64,000 nucleotides of DNA, taken from contig SVQI01000001.1 of NCBI GenBank assembly GCA_015065455.1, positions 61,090 through 125,089 of the forward strand, written 5' to 3'. The stretch is from Oscillospiraceae bacterium (lineage in GTDB: Bacteria > Bacillota > Clostridia > Oscillospirales > CAG-272). The number at the start of each line of letters is the position of its first letter. The stretch's first letter is position 1. The notes under the pieces are model-generated. The model saw nothing but the letters and a program-made list of their open reading frames with translations, did not search any database and was not told where the DNA came from. Shown here in pieces: positions 1 to 7,901 of this stretch. A program made the position numbers and the translations under genes.

Positions 1-302
1 AAGGCGGTTTGGTAAGAGCTTACACCGCAGCGGCAAAGGGCGCAGCAGAAAATGCGGATATTATAACCTATACCGAGTACACCGAATTTGAGATAGTTTG
101 CGGTTACGGTGATTTTGAAAAAATCAGGTATGAATGTCAGTTTTTCGACATCATTGAGGACGGAATTGATTACAGCGATAACGTTACGCTGAAATTGGCA
201 ATAAAAACTCCCTATTTTGAAACGTTTAATACCAAACTCCGCGAATTAAGCGCGGGCAAAATAAACGCCGAAATAACCGGAGAAAGATTTGATAAAATAT
301 AA
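1..302 (+). CDS. 3' end of a possible IMPACT/YigZ-family protein (C-terminal domain); the 5' end lies outside the window
   Basis: The reading frame enters from the window edge and stops at 300-302, followed by a hairpin plus T-run. The family call rests only on resemblance to the YigZ C-terminal domain as I remember it. Confidence 0.35.
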   Translation, partial: GGLVRAYTAAAKGAAENADIITYTEYTEFEIVCGYGDFEKIRYECQFFDIIEDGIDYSDNVTLKLAIKTPYFETFNTKLRELSAGKINAEITGERFDKI

Positions 303-303
303 A

Positions 304-334
304 ATGTAAGCAGAAAAATGCTTACATTTTTTTG
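304..334 (+). terminator. Intrinsic terminator
   Basis: ATGTAAGCA-gaaaaa-TGCTTACAT followed by TTTTTTT. Confidence 0.7.
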
Positions 335-340
335 TAACAG

Positions 341-546
341 CACAAGAGGGGCTTTTTGAAAAAAGCCCCTCTTAAACTCCCCAAAAACTTTAATCGAATA
401 ACCCGTCTTCCGCAGACAAAGGAGGGTGCCGAGGGAGGAAACCCCTCGGTCGTTTTAGGGGTAGGGGGTTACGGGGGTGGGGGAATCGAAACCCTCACCC
501 CCGTATGCCTTCTTTGGTTACTTTCTTGGCACGCAAGAAAGTAACG
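341..546 (+). repeat. Mosaic intergenic repeat, locus A (module H then module S)
   Basis: The H-type hairpin AGAGGGGCTTTTT/AAAAAGCCCCTCT plus a ...AAAACTTTAAT tail, then an S module ending in the invariant hairpin at 517-545. Shares modules with the nine other loci. Confidence 0.85.
411..546 (+). repeat. Module S copy 1 (candidate structured RNA unit)
   Basis: Hairpin 1 is CCGAGGG/CCCTCGG. The G-rich hairpin CGGGGGTGGGGG-aatcgaaa-CCCTCACCCCCG has one G-T pair. The invariant GTTACTTTCTTG-gcacg-CAAGAAAGTAAC lies at 517-545. Confidence 0.7.
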
Positions 547-748
547 AAGAAAAAGAAAAAACGAATGATTTATACCAATTATAAATCTTGCACAAAGACT
601 CTAACCATTTTTTATGACAATCTTCTTTTTTATCCTCGGTTTTATTCAAATTTTTTTAAAAAAGAGGATTTTTTTGTTTTTTTGCGTATATTATATATAC
701 AATCTTTTTAAAGTTTTTGATATGATATAATTTAGGCTGGGTGATTTT

Positions 749-1750
749 TTGAAGAATATTCGTGAATATATGTATGCAGAAGAAAGACTGACTTTGTCCG
801 AATTTGCCTTTTTAACCGAAAACACCCGAGGCAGAGAAAAACCTATTCCGCCTTGCCTTATTCGTACAGAGTTCGGCAGAGACAGAGACAGGATTACTCA
901 CAGCAAGTCCTTTCGCCGACTTATGCACAAAACTCAGGTTTTCTTGGGTCCCGAAGACGACCATTACAGAACCCGTATGTCGCACACCCTTGAGGTAACG
1001 CAGATTGCAAGAACAATTTCACGAGCTCTGCGCCTTAACGAAATGCTTACCGAGGCAATAGCCCTCGGCCACGACCTCGGCCACACACCGTTCGGTCACG
1101 CTGGCGAAAGAGTTCTCCAAAGATGCTATTCCCCGGACTTTTCCCACTACAAACAGTCGTTGCGAGTTGTCGAAAAGCTTGAAAACGACGGCGAAGGGTT
1201 AAATCTTACCTGGGAAGTGCGCGACGGAATAGTTAATCACACAGGAAAAAACTTAGCATCAACACTTGAAGGCGTCGTTGTTAAATTTGCCGACCGAATC
1301 GCTTATATTAATCACGACATTGACGATGCGGAAAGAGCAAAAATACTTCGCCCCGAGGATATTCCGAAAGAGCTTCGCGACGTTCTCGGAAATTCGAGCA
1401 CCGAAAGAATTGCAAGTATGGTTTCTTCGGTCGTTAACGCGAGCGAGGGCAGAAACCAAATTACAATGGAAGACTACGTTCTTGACGCAACCAATAAGCT
1501 TCGCGAATTTATGTTCCAAAACGTTTACACCAACCCAATCGCAAAGGGAGAAGAAGCAAAGGTCGATATAATGCTCGAAAAACTGTATGAGCACTTTGTT
1601 AAACACCCCGAAGAAATGGGCCCCGAATATAAAAAGCATCTTGAAAACGAGGGCGTTGAACGAATCGTGTGCGACTATATCGCAGGAATGACTGACAGAT
1701 ACGCTTTGGCTAAGTATAAAGACATTTTCTTGCCGAAAATGTGGAAATAA
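749..1750 (+). CDS. dgt: dGTP triphosphohydrolase-like HD-domain protein
   Basis: HD-domain motifs HTLEVTQIART and GHDLGHTPFGHAGE are present, and the gene sits just upstream of dnaG-sigA. The start is TTG at 749; an alternative ATG lies at 770. Confidence 0.8.
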   Translation: MKNIREYMYAEERLTLSEFAFLTENTRGREKPIPPCLIRTEFGRDRDRITHSKSFRRLMHKTQVFLGPEDDHYRTRMSHTLEVTQIARTISRALRLNEMLTEAIALGHDLGHTPFGHAGERVLQRCYSPDFSHYKQSLRVVEKLENDGEGLNLTWEVRDGIVNHTGKNLASTLEGVVVKFADRIAYINHDIDDAERAKILRPEDIPKELRDVLGNSSTERIASMVSSVVNASEGRNQITMEDYVLDATNKLREFMFQNVYTNPIAKGEEAKVDIMLEKLYEHFVKHPEEMGPEYKKHLENEGVERIVCDYIAGMTDRYALAKYKDIFLPKMWK

Positions 1751-1794
1751 TTCTTTTTTACAAAAATTTATAAAAAAGAGAAAGGAGGAGAGTT

Positions 1795-3537
1795 ATGCTG
1801 ATACCGCCCGCAGTGATTGAAGAAATCAAATTCAGAAACGATATTGAATCGGTCGTTTCTGCCTACGTAAACTTAAAACCCGCAGGCTCAAACCTGATTG
1901 GACTTTGTCCTTTCCACAGCGAAAAAACTCCCTCTTTTACAGTTTTTAAAAATACGCAAACTTGTTACTGCTTCGGTTGCGGCTCGGGCGGAGACGTCGT
2001 TACTTTCATAATGAAAATGGAAAACCTCGACTACGTCAGCGCTCTTGAGTTTCTTGCAAAACGAGTAGGAATTACTATTCCCAGAAATTCAAACGACGAG
2101 CAGAGACAGGTTCGTTCAACAAGAATTCTTGAAATGAACAAGTCAGCGGCAAAATTTTTCCACAGCTGTCTTATATCGGAATCGGGCAAGGAAGCGCTTG
2201 AATATCTCAAAAAAAGAAAATTCTCCCCTGCCCTTATAAAGCATTTCGGCATTGGCTTCGCTCCGAACAGCTTCGACGCACTTTATAAACACCTTAAATC
2301 ACAAGGCTTTACCGACAAGGAAATGATTTCGGGCTTCCTCTGTAAAATGAGCCAAAAAACGAACAGGCCTTTTGATTTGTTCAGAAACAGAGTTATTATC
2401 CCCATTATAGATACCAAGGGCAACGTTATCGCTTTCGGCGGACGCGTACTTGACGACTCGCTCCCCAAATATTTGAACTCAAGTGATACGCCCGTTTTCA
2501 AAAAATCAAAAAATTTGTTTGCTCTTAACTACGCAAGGCGCGATTGCGCTGACAGAATTATTCTGTGTGAAGGATATATGGACGTTATCGCACTTCACGG
2601 TGCGGGATTTTCAAACGCTGTGGCAACCCTCGGCACAGCCATAACACCTGAGCAAGCGCGTATTATGGAAAAATACACAAAAAGCGTCGTTATTGCTTAC
2701 GACAGCGACGAAGCGGGACAAAGGGCGGCTGACAAGGCGTTTAAGCTTCTCGGTGAGGTAGGTCTTGACGTTAAGATACTGAAAATGACGGGAGCAAAGG
2801 ACCCCGACGAATATATCAAAAAATTTGGCCCCGAAAGATTTAAGAGATTGCTTGATGAAAGCAAGACGCATTTTGACTATAAATTTGAATCGATACTTTC
2901 AAAGCACGACGTATCGCAGACCCCCGAAAAGCTCAAGGCTTTGAGTCAGGTAACAGACGTTATTGCGAACGTTGCTTCGGCTGTCGAACGGGAAATTTAT
3001 ATTGCCAAGGTTTCCGAAAAGCTCGACGTTACAAAAGACAATCTGAAACACGACGTTGACAAAAAAATAAGACAGCAAATAAAAGAAAAACAAAAAAACG
3101 AAAGCAGAAAGATAATGCTTGAAAGCGCAGGCTTCGGCGACAGGATAAACCCCGATTATGCAAAGAACGTCAGGGCAGCTTCTGCTGAAGAATCCATTCT
3201 CAGCATTATTCTCACTTATCCCGAGCTTTTGAAAAAGGTTAAAGACGGAACGGCAGAGCTTTGTGCCGACGATTTCTTTACCGCTTTCGGCAAAAAGATA
3301 TTTGAAAAGAGCATTGAATTATACAGCGACGATATTTCTTTTGATTACGGTCTTCTCGGAAGTGAATTTACACCCGATGAGATGGGCAGAATTACCGCCA
3401 TTGTACTGAAAAGAAATAAGCTTTCTCAAAACGGTGAGCAAGAGCTTTACGACTGCATAAAAGTTCTGAAATCTGAAAAAGAAAAACAGACAGCGTCACT
3501 TACGGATATTATAAACGCAAGAAGAAACAAGCAATAA
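1795..3537 (+). CDS. dnaG: DNA primase
   Basis: Zinc-finger motif CPFHSEKTPSF...CFGCGSGGD and TOPRIM motif EGYMDV are present. AAAGGAGG lies upstream of the ATG. The gene precedes sigA, as in the conserved operon. Confidence 0.95.
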   Translation: MLIPPAVIEEIKFRNDIESVVSAYVNLKPAGSNLIGLCPFHSEKTPSFTVFKNTQTCYCFGCGSGGDVVTFIMKMENLDYVSALEFLAKRVGITIPRNSNDEQRQVRSTRILEMNKSAAKFFHSCLISESGKEALEYLKKRKFSPALIKHFGIGFAPNSFDALYKHLKSQGFTDKEMISGFLCKMSQKTNRPFDLFRNRVIIPIIDTKGNVIAFGGRVLDDSLPKYLNSSDTPVFKKSKNLFALNYARRDCADRIILCEGYMDVIALHGAGFSNAVATLGTAITPEQARIMEKYTKSVVIAYDSDEAGQRAADKAFKLLGEVGLDVKILKMTGAKDPDEYIKKFGPERFKRLLDESKTHFDYKFESILSKHDVSQTPEKLKALSQVTDVIANVASAVEREIYIAKVSEKLDVTKDNLKHDVDKKIRQQIKEKQKNESRKIMLESAGFGDRINPDYAKNVRAASAEESILSIILTYPELLKKVKDGTAELCADDFFTAFGKKIFEKSIELYSDDISFDYGLLGSEFTPDEMGRITAIVLKRNKLSQNGEQELYDCIKVLKSEKEKQTASLTDIINARRNKQ

Positions 3538-3581
3538 AACATTTTGTTTAAAAATATAATTAATATACAGGAGTAACGAAA

Positions 3582-4877
3582 ATGGTTGAAGAAAAGAAAA
3601 AAGAAACCAAGAAAAAAGCTAAAGCTGTCGAACCGGAAAACGAAGCCGAGTTGGAAGCTATGGCTGACGCTCTCCTCGGTGAAACACCCAAGAAAAAGAG
3701 AGCTCCCAGAGCAAAAAAAGAAAAAACCGAAGAAGTTCCATCTTCCGAATTGTCTGCTGAAGAAAAGACAGACGAAAACGGAGAAAAAGGCGAAAAGAAA
3801 TTTAACCTCAAAGAGCTTGTTGAAAAGGCAAAGCAGAAGGGCACTATTTCAAACGCCGAAATTATGGAAGAGCTTGAAGACGTAGACTATGACCTCGAAC
3901 AGATAGAAAAGCTTTACGAGGCTCTTGAATCTGCAGGAGTTGAAGTTACAGGCTATCTTGATACGCCCGAGTTTGGAGAGATACAGTCGGAAATCGAACA
4001 GTACGAAAGTGCTGAGGATATGGAAAAGATGCTTTCTCAGGAAGGTCTTTCCATTGACGACCCCGTTAGAATGTATCTTAAAGAAATCGGTAAGGTTCCG
4101 CTTCTCAGCGCAGAACGCGAGCTCGAGCTTGCTGAGCTTATGGCAAACGGAAGCGAAGCTGCAAAACAGGAATTGGTTGAATCAAACCTTCGTCTTGTTG
4201 TAAGTATTGCAAAGCGTTACGTTGGAAAGGGTATGTTCTTCCTCGACCTTATCCAAGAAGGAAACCTCGGTCTTATGAAGGCTGTTGAAAAATTTGATTA
4301 CCGCAGAGGCTACAAGTTTTCAACATACGCTACGTGGTGGATAAGACAGGCTATCACACGTGCAATAGCAGACCAGGCGAGAACTATCAGAATTCCCGTT
4401 CATATGGTTGAAACCATTCACAAGGTAAGCAGAATTTCCCGTCAGCTTCTTCAGGAAAACGGACACGAAGCTACCCCTGAAGAAATCGCAAACGTTATGG
4501 GTATGAGCGCTGACAAGGTCCGCGAAATTATGAAGATAGCTCAGGACCCCGTTTCACTCGAAACACCTATCGGCGAGGAAGAGGATAGCCACCTCGGAGA
4601 TTTTATCCCCGACGATGCTACTCCGGCACCCGCAGACGCAGCTTCTTATACTCTTCTCCGCGAACAGCTTAACGAGGTTCTCAAGACACTCACTCCCAGA
4701 GAAGAAAGCGTTCTTAAACTCCGCTTTGGTCTTGAAGACGGAAGAACCCGGACGCTTGAAGAGGTTGGTAAGGAATTTAACATCACACGTGAACGTATCA
4801 GGCAGATTGAAGCCAAGGCTCTCCGCAAACTTCGTCATCCCAGCCGTTCAAAAAGACTCCGCGATTACCTCGAATAA
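3582..4877 (+). CDS. sigA: Primary sigma factor (sigma-70/SigA) with a K/E-rich N-terminal region
   Basis: Region 2 ([32 protein letters not shown]) and region 4.2 ([30 protein letters not shown]) are both recognisable. Confidence 0.95.
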   Translation: MVEEKKKETKKKAKAVEPENEAELEAMADALLGETPKKKRAPRAKKEKTEEVPSSELSAEEKTDENGEKGEKKFNLKELVEKAKQKGTISNAEIMEELEDVDYDLEQIEKLYEALESAGVEVTGYLDTPEFGEIQSEIEQYESAEDMEKMLSQEGLSIDDPVRMYLKEIGKVPLLSAERELELAELMANGSEAAKQELVESNLRLVVSIAKRYVGKGMFFLDLIQEGNLGLMKAVEKFDYRRGYKFSTYATWWIRQAITRAIADQARTIRIPVHMVETIHKVSRISRQLLQENGHEATPEEIANVMGMSADKVREIMKIAQDPVSLETPIGEEEDSHLGDFIPDDATPAPADAASYTLLREQLNEVLKTLTPREESVLKLRFGLEDGRTRTLEEVGKEFNITRERIRQIEAKALRKLRHPSRSKRLRDYLE

Positions 4878-4972
4878 ACCGCACGGTGTCATTTTTAGAC
4901 AAAAATACGACTTAATTTAAATTAAGTTAATATCTCTTTTACAAATTCCCATCAAGAGCAATCAAAATAACC

Positions 4973-5001
4973 TTGACATATTTTAGCTGTTACGCTATAA
5001 T
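4973..5001 (+). promoter_or_regulatory. Consensus sigma-A promoter for the 605-aa lipoprotein gene
   Basis: TTGACA, a 17-nt spacer, then TATAAT (4973-4978 and 4996-5001). Both hexamers are perfect. Confidence 0.6.
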
Positions 5002-5087
5002 ATATGTTGTATGTTTGAATTGTTTTTGGGCATTTGAATAATATACGAAAAAAAGACAATATTCGCATTTTTTAGGAGGAACAGACA

Positions 5088-6905
5088 ATGAAAAAGTCAT
5101 TGTTGGCATTATTTTTAGCACTCGTTATGTGTTTGTCCCTTTTCTGCACAGCTTGTAGCAGTTCTGGTGATGAAGAAAACCCCGACGTTCTTAATACCTC
5201 GGAGTCTGACATCGCACCTATGACTATTACGCTTTACGCTCCGACAAACAGTACGACAACAAAAGATCAGGTAAAGCTCGTTGAAGCTGAATTTAACAAA
5301 GTTACAGAAGCTAAATTCAACACTCACGTTGTTTTTAACCTTATTCCCGAAGATGACTACGAAGAGGTTATCTACTCCAGACTCGAAGGCCTTCGCAAGC
5401 AGGCTGCAGCAGAGCTTGAAGATGAAACAAAGAAACCTAACGTTACTCCTCTTTCCGACAATTCAAAATATCCCGGTATCAAAGACAACCAGCTTGATAT
5501 ATTCTTGGTAAACACCTTTGAAACATATTACGCTTTGGCTACGGGAACATACTATAAGCCCGAAAATAACGAATTACCCGAAGGCGCGCTTTATCCCCTC
5601 GATGAATCACTCAAAGAAAAAACTACTCTTCTTAACTCATATGCATACCCCTACTTGCTCCGCGCAGCAAGAATAGACGACCTTGATACAGGTACACAGG
5701 GTGTATTCGGTGTATTCAACAACACTATTTTTGGTGAATACCAGTACCTTTTGCTCAACAAAGAGCTTGTTGACAAGTACAACTACGACCCCGAAAATAT
5801 GTTTGACCTTTCTTCTATCTCTCTCTTCTTGAAGGAAGTTAAGCAGAACGAAGCAGGCGTAATTCCCTTCCTCGGAGACCTCGAAGCTCCCGTTGAATAC
5901 TTTAACGGTACAAAGTCACTTATCGGCGCTTACGTTGGAAAAGATTATACTTCTTCCGGCACAATTAACGCTACAAGCTACCTTCCCGCAGCAACCGCAC
6001 CCAACAACCTCTTTAACTCAGCTGAGTACAGAGTATGGATGAGAGAATACAACTCTCTCTTTAATGCAGGTTGTTTCGTTGCAAAGACAGATGCAAACGC
6101 TAACTCCAAGTTTGCAGCTACAGTAGTTACAGGCGACGTAACACTTTCTCCCACATACGCTGACGTATACGGAAACTACAAGGTTGACGATTACGGTTTC
6201 AAGTATATTACATACGAAGACGGTGTTGATTACTACGTATCAGTTTACAAAAGACCCGTTGCAAATGACGAAAACGTATTTAAGGCAGGCTATGTTGTAG
6301 GCGGTTACACAGAAGACGCTGACCGTTGTATGGAAATTATTCAGGCGCTCAACACAGACGCTAAGCTCGCTAACCTCTTCATGTACGGTGTTCAGGATGT
6401 TCACTATACACTTAACGTTGACACAAACGTTGTTCACAAGACAACAGATACATATTCGATGGATATCGAAACTGTTGGTAACATGTACTTGCTCAATCCT
6501 TCCGACGATATGGATGAGTATTGGAAATTTATGAGCGCTAACAAATGGCAGAACGCAAAGAATACAAACCTCGAAGCAGTTATGAGTCCCTTCCTTGCAT
6601 TCCACTATGACCCTGAGCAGCCCGCTGAAGACGAACTTGAAGCAGGCAAGGTTTACATCGATATGTCTTTTGAAGAAGTTATGGCTGAAATCGAAAAGCT
6701 TTCTCCTGCATTCTACGAAAAGGCACTTCACTACGTTGAAACTCCCGAACTTCCCTTTGCTGACTACATTAAGACAGTATATACAGAAGTTTCCGAAAAC
6801 GAATACGTAAGTTCTATCGGTAGCTTTGATAAGGGTATGTACAACATGCAGCTTATCTACAAAGAATGGTATCAGGCTCACTACAACGTAAAGCTTGCTG
6901 ACTAA
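5088..6905 (+). CDS. Large secreted lipoprotein, possibly a solute-binding-protein-like fold; function unknown
   Basis: The N-terminal signal peptide ends in ...SLFCTAC-SSSGD, a lipobox-like Cys. There is a strong RBS (AGGAGG), a consensus promoter upstream and a terminator downstream. No transporter genes are adjacent. Confidence 0.6.
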   Translation: MKKSLLALFLALVMCLSLFCTACSSSGDEENPDVLNTSESDIAPMTITLYAPTNSTTTKDQVKLVEAEFNKVTEAKFNTHVVFNLIPEDDYEEVIYSRLEGLRKQAAAELEDETKKPNVTPLSDNSKYPGIKDNQLDIFLVNTFETYYALATGTYYKPENNELPEGALYPLDESLKEKTTLLNSYAYPYLLRAARIDDLDTGTQGVFGVFNNTIFGEYQYLLLNKELVDKYNYDPENMFDLSSISLFLKEVKQNEAGVIPFLGDLEAPVEYFNGTKSLIGAYVGKDYTSSGTINATSYLPAATAPNNLFNSAEYRVWMREYNSLFNAGCFVAKTDANANSKFAATVVTGDVTLSPTYADVYGNYKVDDYGFKYITYEDGVDYYVSVYKRPVANDENVFKAGYVVGGYTEDADRCMEIIQALNTDAKLANLFMYGVQDVHYTLNVDTNVVHKTTDTYSMDIETVGNMYLLNPSDDMDEYWKFMSANKWQNAKNTNLEAVMSPFLAFHYDPEQPAEDELEAGKVYIDMSFEEVMAEIEKLSPAFYEKALHYVETPELPFADYIKTVYTEVSENEYVSSIGSFDKGMYNMQLIYKEWYQAHYNVKLAD

Positions 6906-6921
6906 TTTAAAATAATTACAA

Positions 6922-6955
6922 AGCTCCCCGAAAAAATCGGGGAGCTTATTTTTAT
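6922..6955 (+). terminator. Intrinsic terminator of the lipoprotein gene
   Basis: AGCTCCCCGA-aaaaa-TCGGGGAGCT followed by a T-rich run. Confidence 0.8.
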
Positions 6956-6957
6956 TA

Positions 6958-7203
6958 TAAAACGGGCGGACAAACAAATCCGCCCCTACATAGTTAGGCT
7001 TTATTGTCTTGCTGTGCGTGTTCGAGATCCTTCGCTGCGCCGCCACGATGTCATTCTTGAGCGAAGCGAAGAATCCCGTGGCGGCTTGCTCAAGGATGAC
7101 AAACGAACACGCAATATAACGCGCTCCCGCGTTTTTTTAAAAGAGGCACAGATTGTCAGCTTCTTCGCTCCCGAACTCTTGACACCGCAAAAACTTTAAA
7201 TAG
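6958..7203 (+). repeat. Mosaic intergenic repeat, locus F (modules R, K, degenerate T, truncated H)
   Basis: Near-identical to 23425-23700 over the R and K modules. Lies in the convergent spacer between the lipoprotein gene and rplS. Confidence 0.9.
7015..7113 (+). repeat. Module K copy (orientation a)
   Basis: TGCGTGTTCG ... CGAACACGCA terminal inverted repeats enclose interleaved repeats B-C-D-B'-C'-D'. The C/C' pair is CCGCCACG/CGTGGCGG. Confidence 0.85.
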
Positions 7204-7235
7204 ATAATCATTTATTATTTTTCTATATTATTTTC

Positions 7236-7279
7236 AAAAAATAAAAACCCGATGGAAGATTGTTTCTTCCGTCGGGTTT
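7236..7279 (-). terminator. Intrinsic terminator of rplS
   Basis: Minus strand: AACCCGACGGAAG-aaacaat-CTTCCATCGGGTT followed by TTTTTATTTTTT. Confidence 0.75.
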
Positions 7280-7289
7280 CTTGCTTTGC

Positions 7290-7634
7290 TTAGTCAATAA
7301 GCTCCTTAACCTTTGAATCCTTACCGATCTTGTTGCGGAGATAATAAAGCTTAGCACGTCTTACCTTACCTGATCTGATGATCTCTACCTTTTCTACGTT
7401 AGGTGAGTGAACAGGGAAAGTCTTTTCAACAGCTACACCGTAAGAAATGCGGCGTACTGTGAATGTTTCGGAAATACCGCCGCCGTGTCTTGCGATGATA
7501 GTTCCTTCGAAAATCTGAATTCTTTCTCTTGTACCTTCTTTAATCTTGTTGTGAACCTTTACAGTATCACCAATGTTAAGTACCGGTACTGTTTCTTTAA
7601 GCTGATCATTTGTTAAAGCCTTTACCAAATCCAT
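7290..7634 (-). CDS. rplS: 50S ribosomal protein L19
   Basis: The L19 sequence is recognisable (GDTVKVH..KEG.RERIQ.FEG..IARHGGG..ETFTVR). I moved the start to the ATG at 7634, which has AAGGAGG 8 nt upstream. The longer track ORF (to 7667) lacks an RBS. Confidence 0.95.
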   Translation of the reverse strand: MDLVKALTNDQLKETVPVLNIGDTVKVHNKIKEGTRERIQIFEGTIIARHGGGISETFTVRRISYGVAVEKTFPVHSPNVEKVEIIRSGKVRRAKLYYLRNKIGKDSKVKELID

Positions 7635-7726
7635 TTGTGGCTCCTCCTTATATATACGAACATTCATGCACAGCTAATACAGAGGACTGTTCAAAAATAA
7701 TGCTCCCTACACAGAGAGTCTATGGT

Positions 7727-7754
7727 ATTATACCATACTTTTGGAAAATTTCAA
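7727..7754 (-). promoter_or_regulatory. Putative rplS promoter
   Basis: On the minus strand: TTGAAA, a 16-nt spacer, then TGgTATAAT (extended -10), about 95 nt upstream of the rplS ATG. Confidence 0.5.
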
Positions 7755-7825
7755 GCATACGCCGTTTTTTTTACATTTTGTTCATAATTAACCCCTGCTC
7801 ACACTCTACTTGTTTTAAAAAATAC

Positions 7826-7854
7826 TTGTATATTTAATAATAATATGTTATAAT
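7826..7854 (+). promoter_or_regulatory. Putative lepB operon promoter
   Basis: TTGTAT, a 17-nt spacer, then TATAAT with TG at the extended -10 position (TGTTATAAT). Confidence 0.45.
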
Positions 7855-7901
7855 ATTTAGGATTAGATATTTATTTCGCTTAACAAAAAACGGAGGATAA
7901 T

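Noticed and set aside
419-425. The perfect Shine-Dalgarno AAGGAGG at the start of module S (419, 45418), considered as the RBS of a small ORF
   Set aside because: No ATG, GTG or TTG occurs at a 5-10 nt spacing in a frame conserved between copies. Other copies have AAGGGGGG or GATGGGGG instead. It is treated as part of an RNA helix (see findings).
478-503. The G-rich stem with a ..TCGAA.. loop in module S, considered as a tRNA T-arm or tRNA-derived SINE, together with the GCCGAG box that resembles class II tRNA D-arms
   Set aside because: No cloverleaf can be drawn. The stems are 11-13 bp, and there is no anticodon arm and no acceptor pairing of 7 bp. The resemblance is limited to short motifs. 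It is kept only as a remote idea about origin.
356-711. Track ORFs inside the repeat loci: 356-544, 505-711, 7014-7199, 19122-19436, 19583-19843, 19657-19872, 40479-40664, 40505-40783, 55583-55882, 55780-56055 and 62718-62933
   Set aside because: The copies share nucleotide sequence but not reading frame. For example, the ORFs at 19657 and 40479 agree for about 30 codons and then diverge by frameshift inside the variable G-rich hairpin. Substitutions are compensatory in stems rather than synonymous. There are no RBSs. These ORFs are non-coding repeat sequence.
6240-7046. A 268-aa minus-strand ORF overlapping the 3' end of the lipoprotein gene and running into repeat locus F
   Set aside because: It is antisense to a well-supported CDS. 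It crosses that gene's terminator and the repeat modules. It has no RBS and a low-complexity translation.
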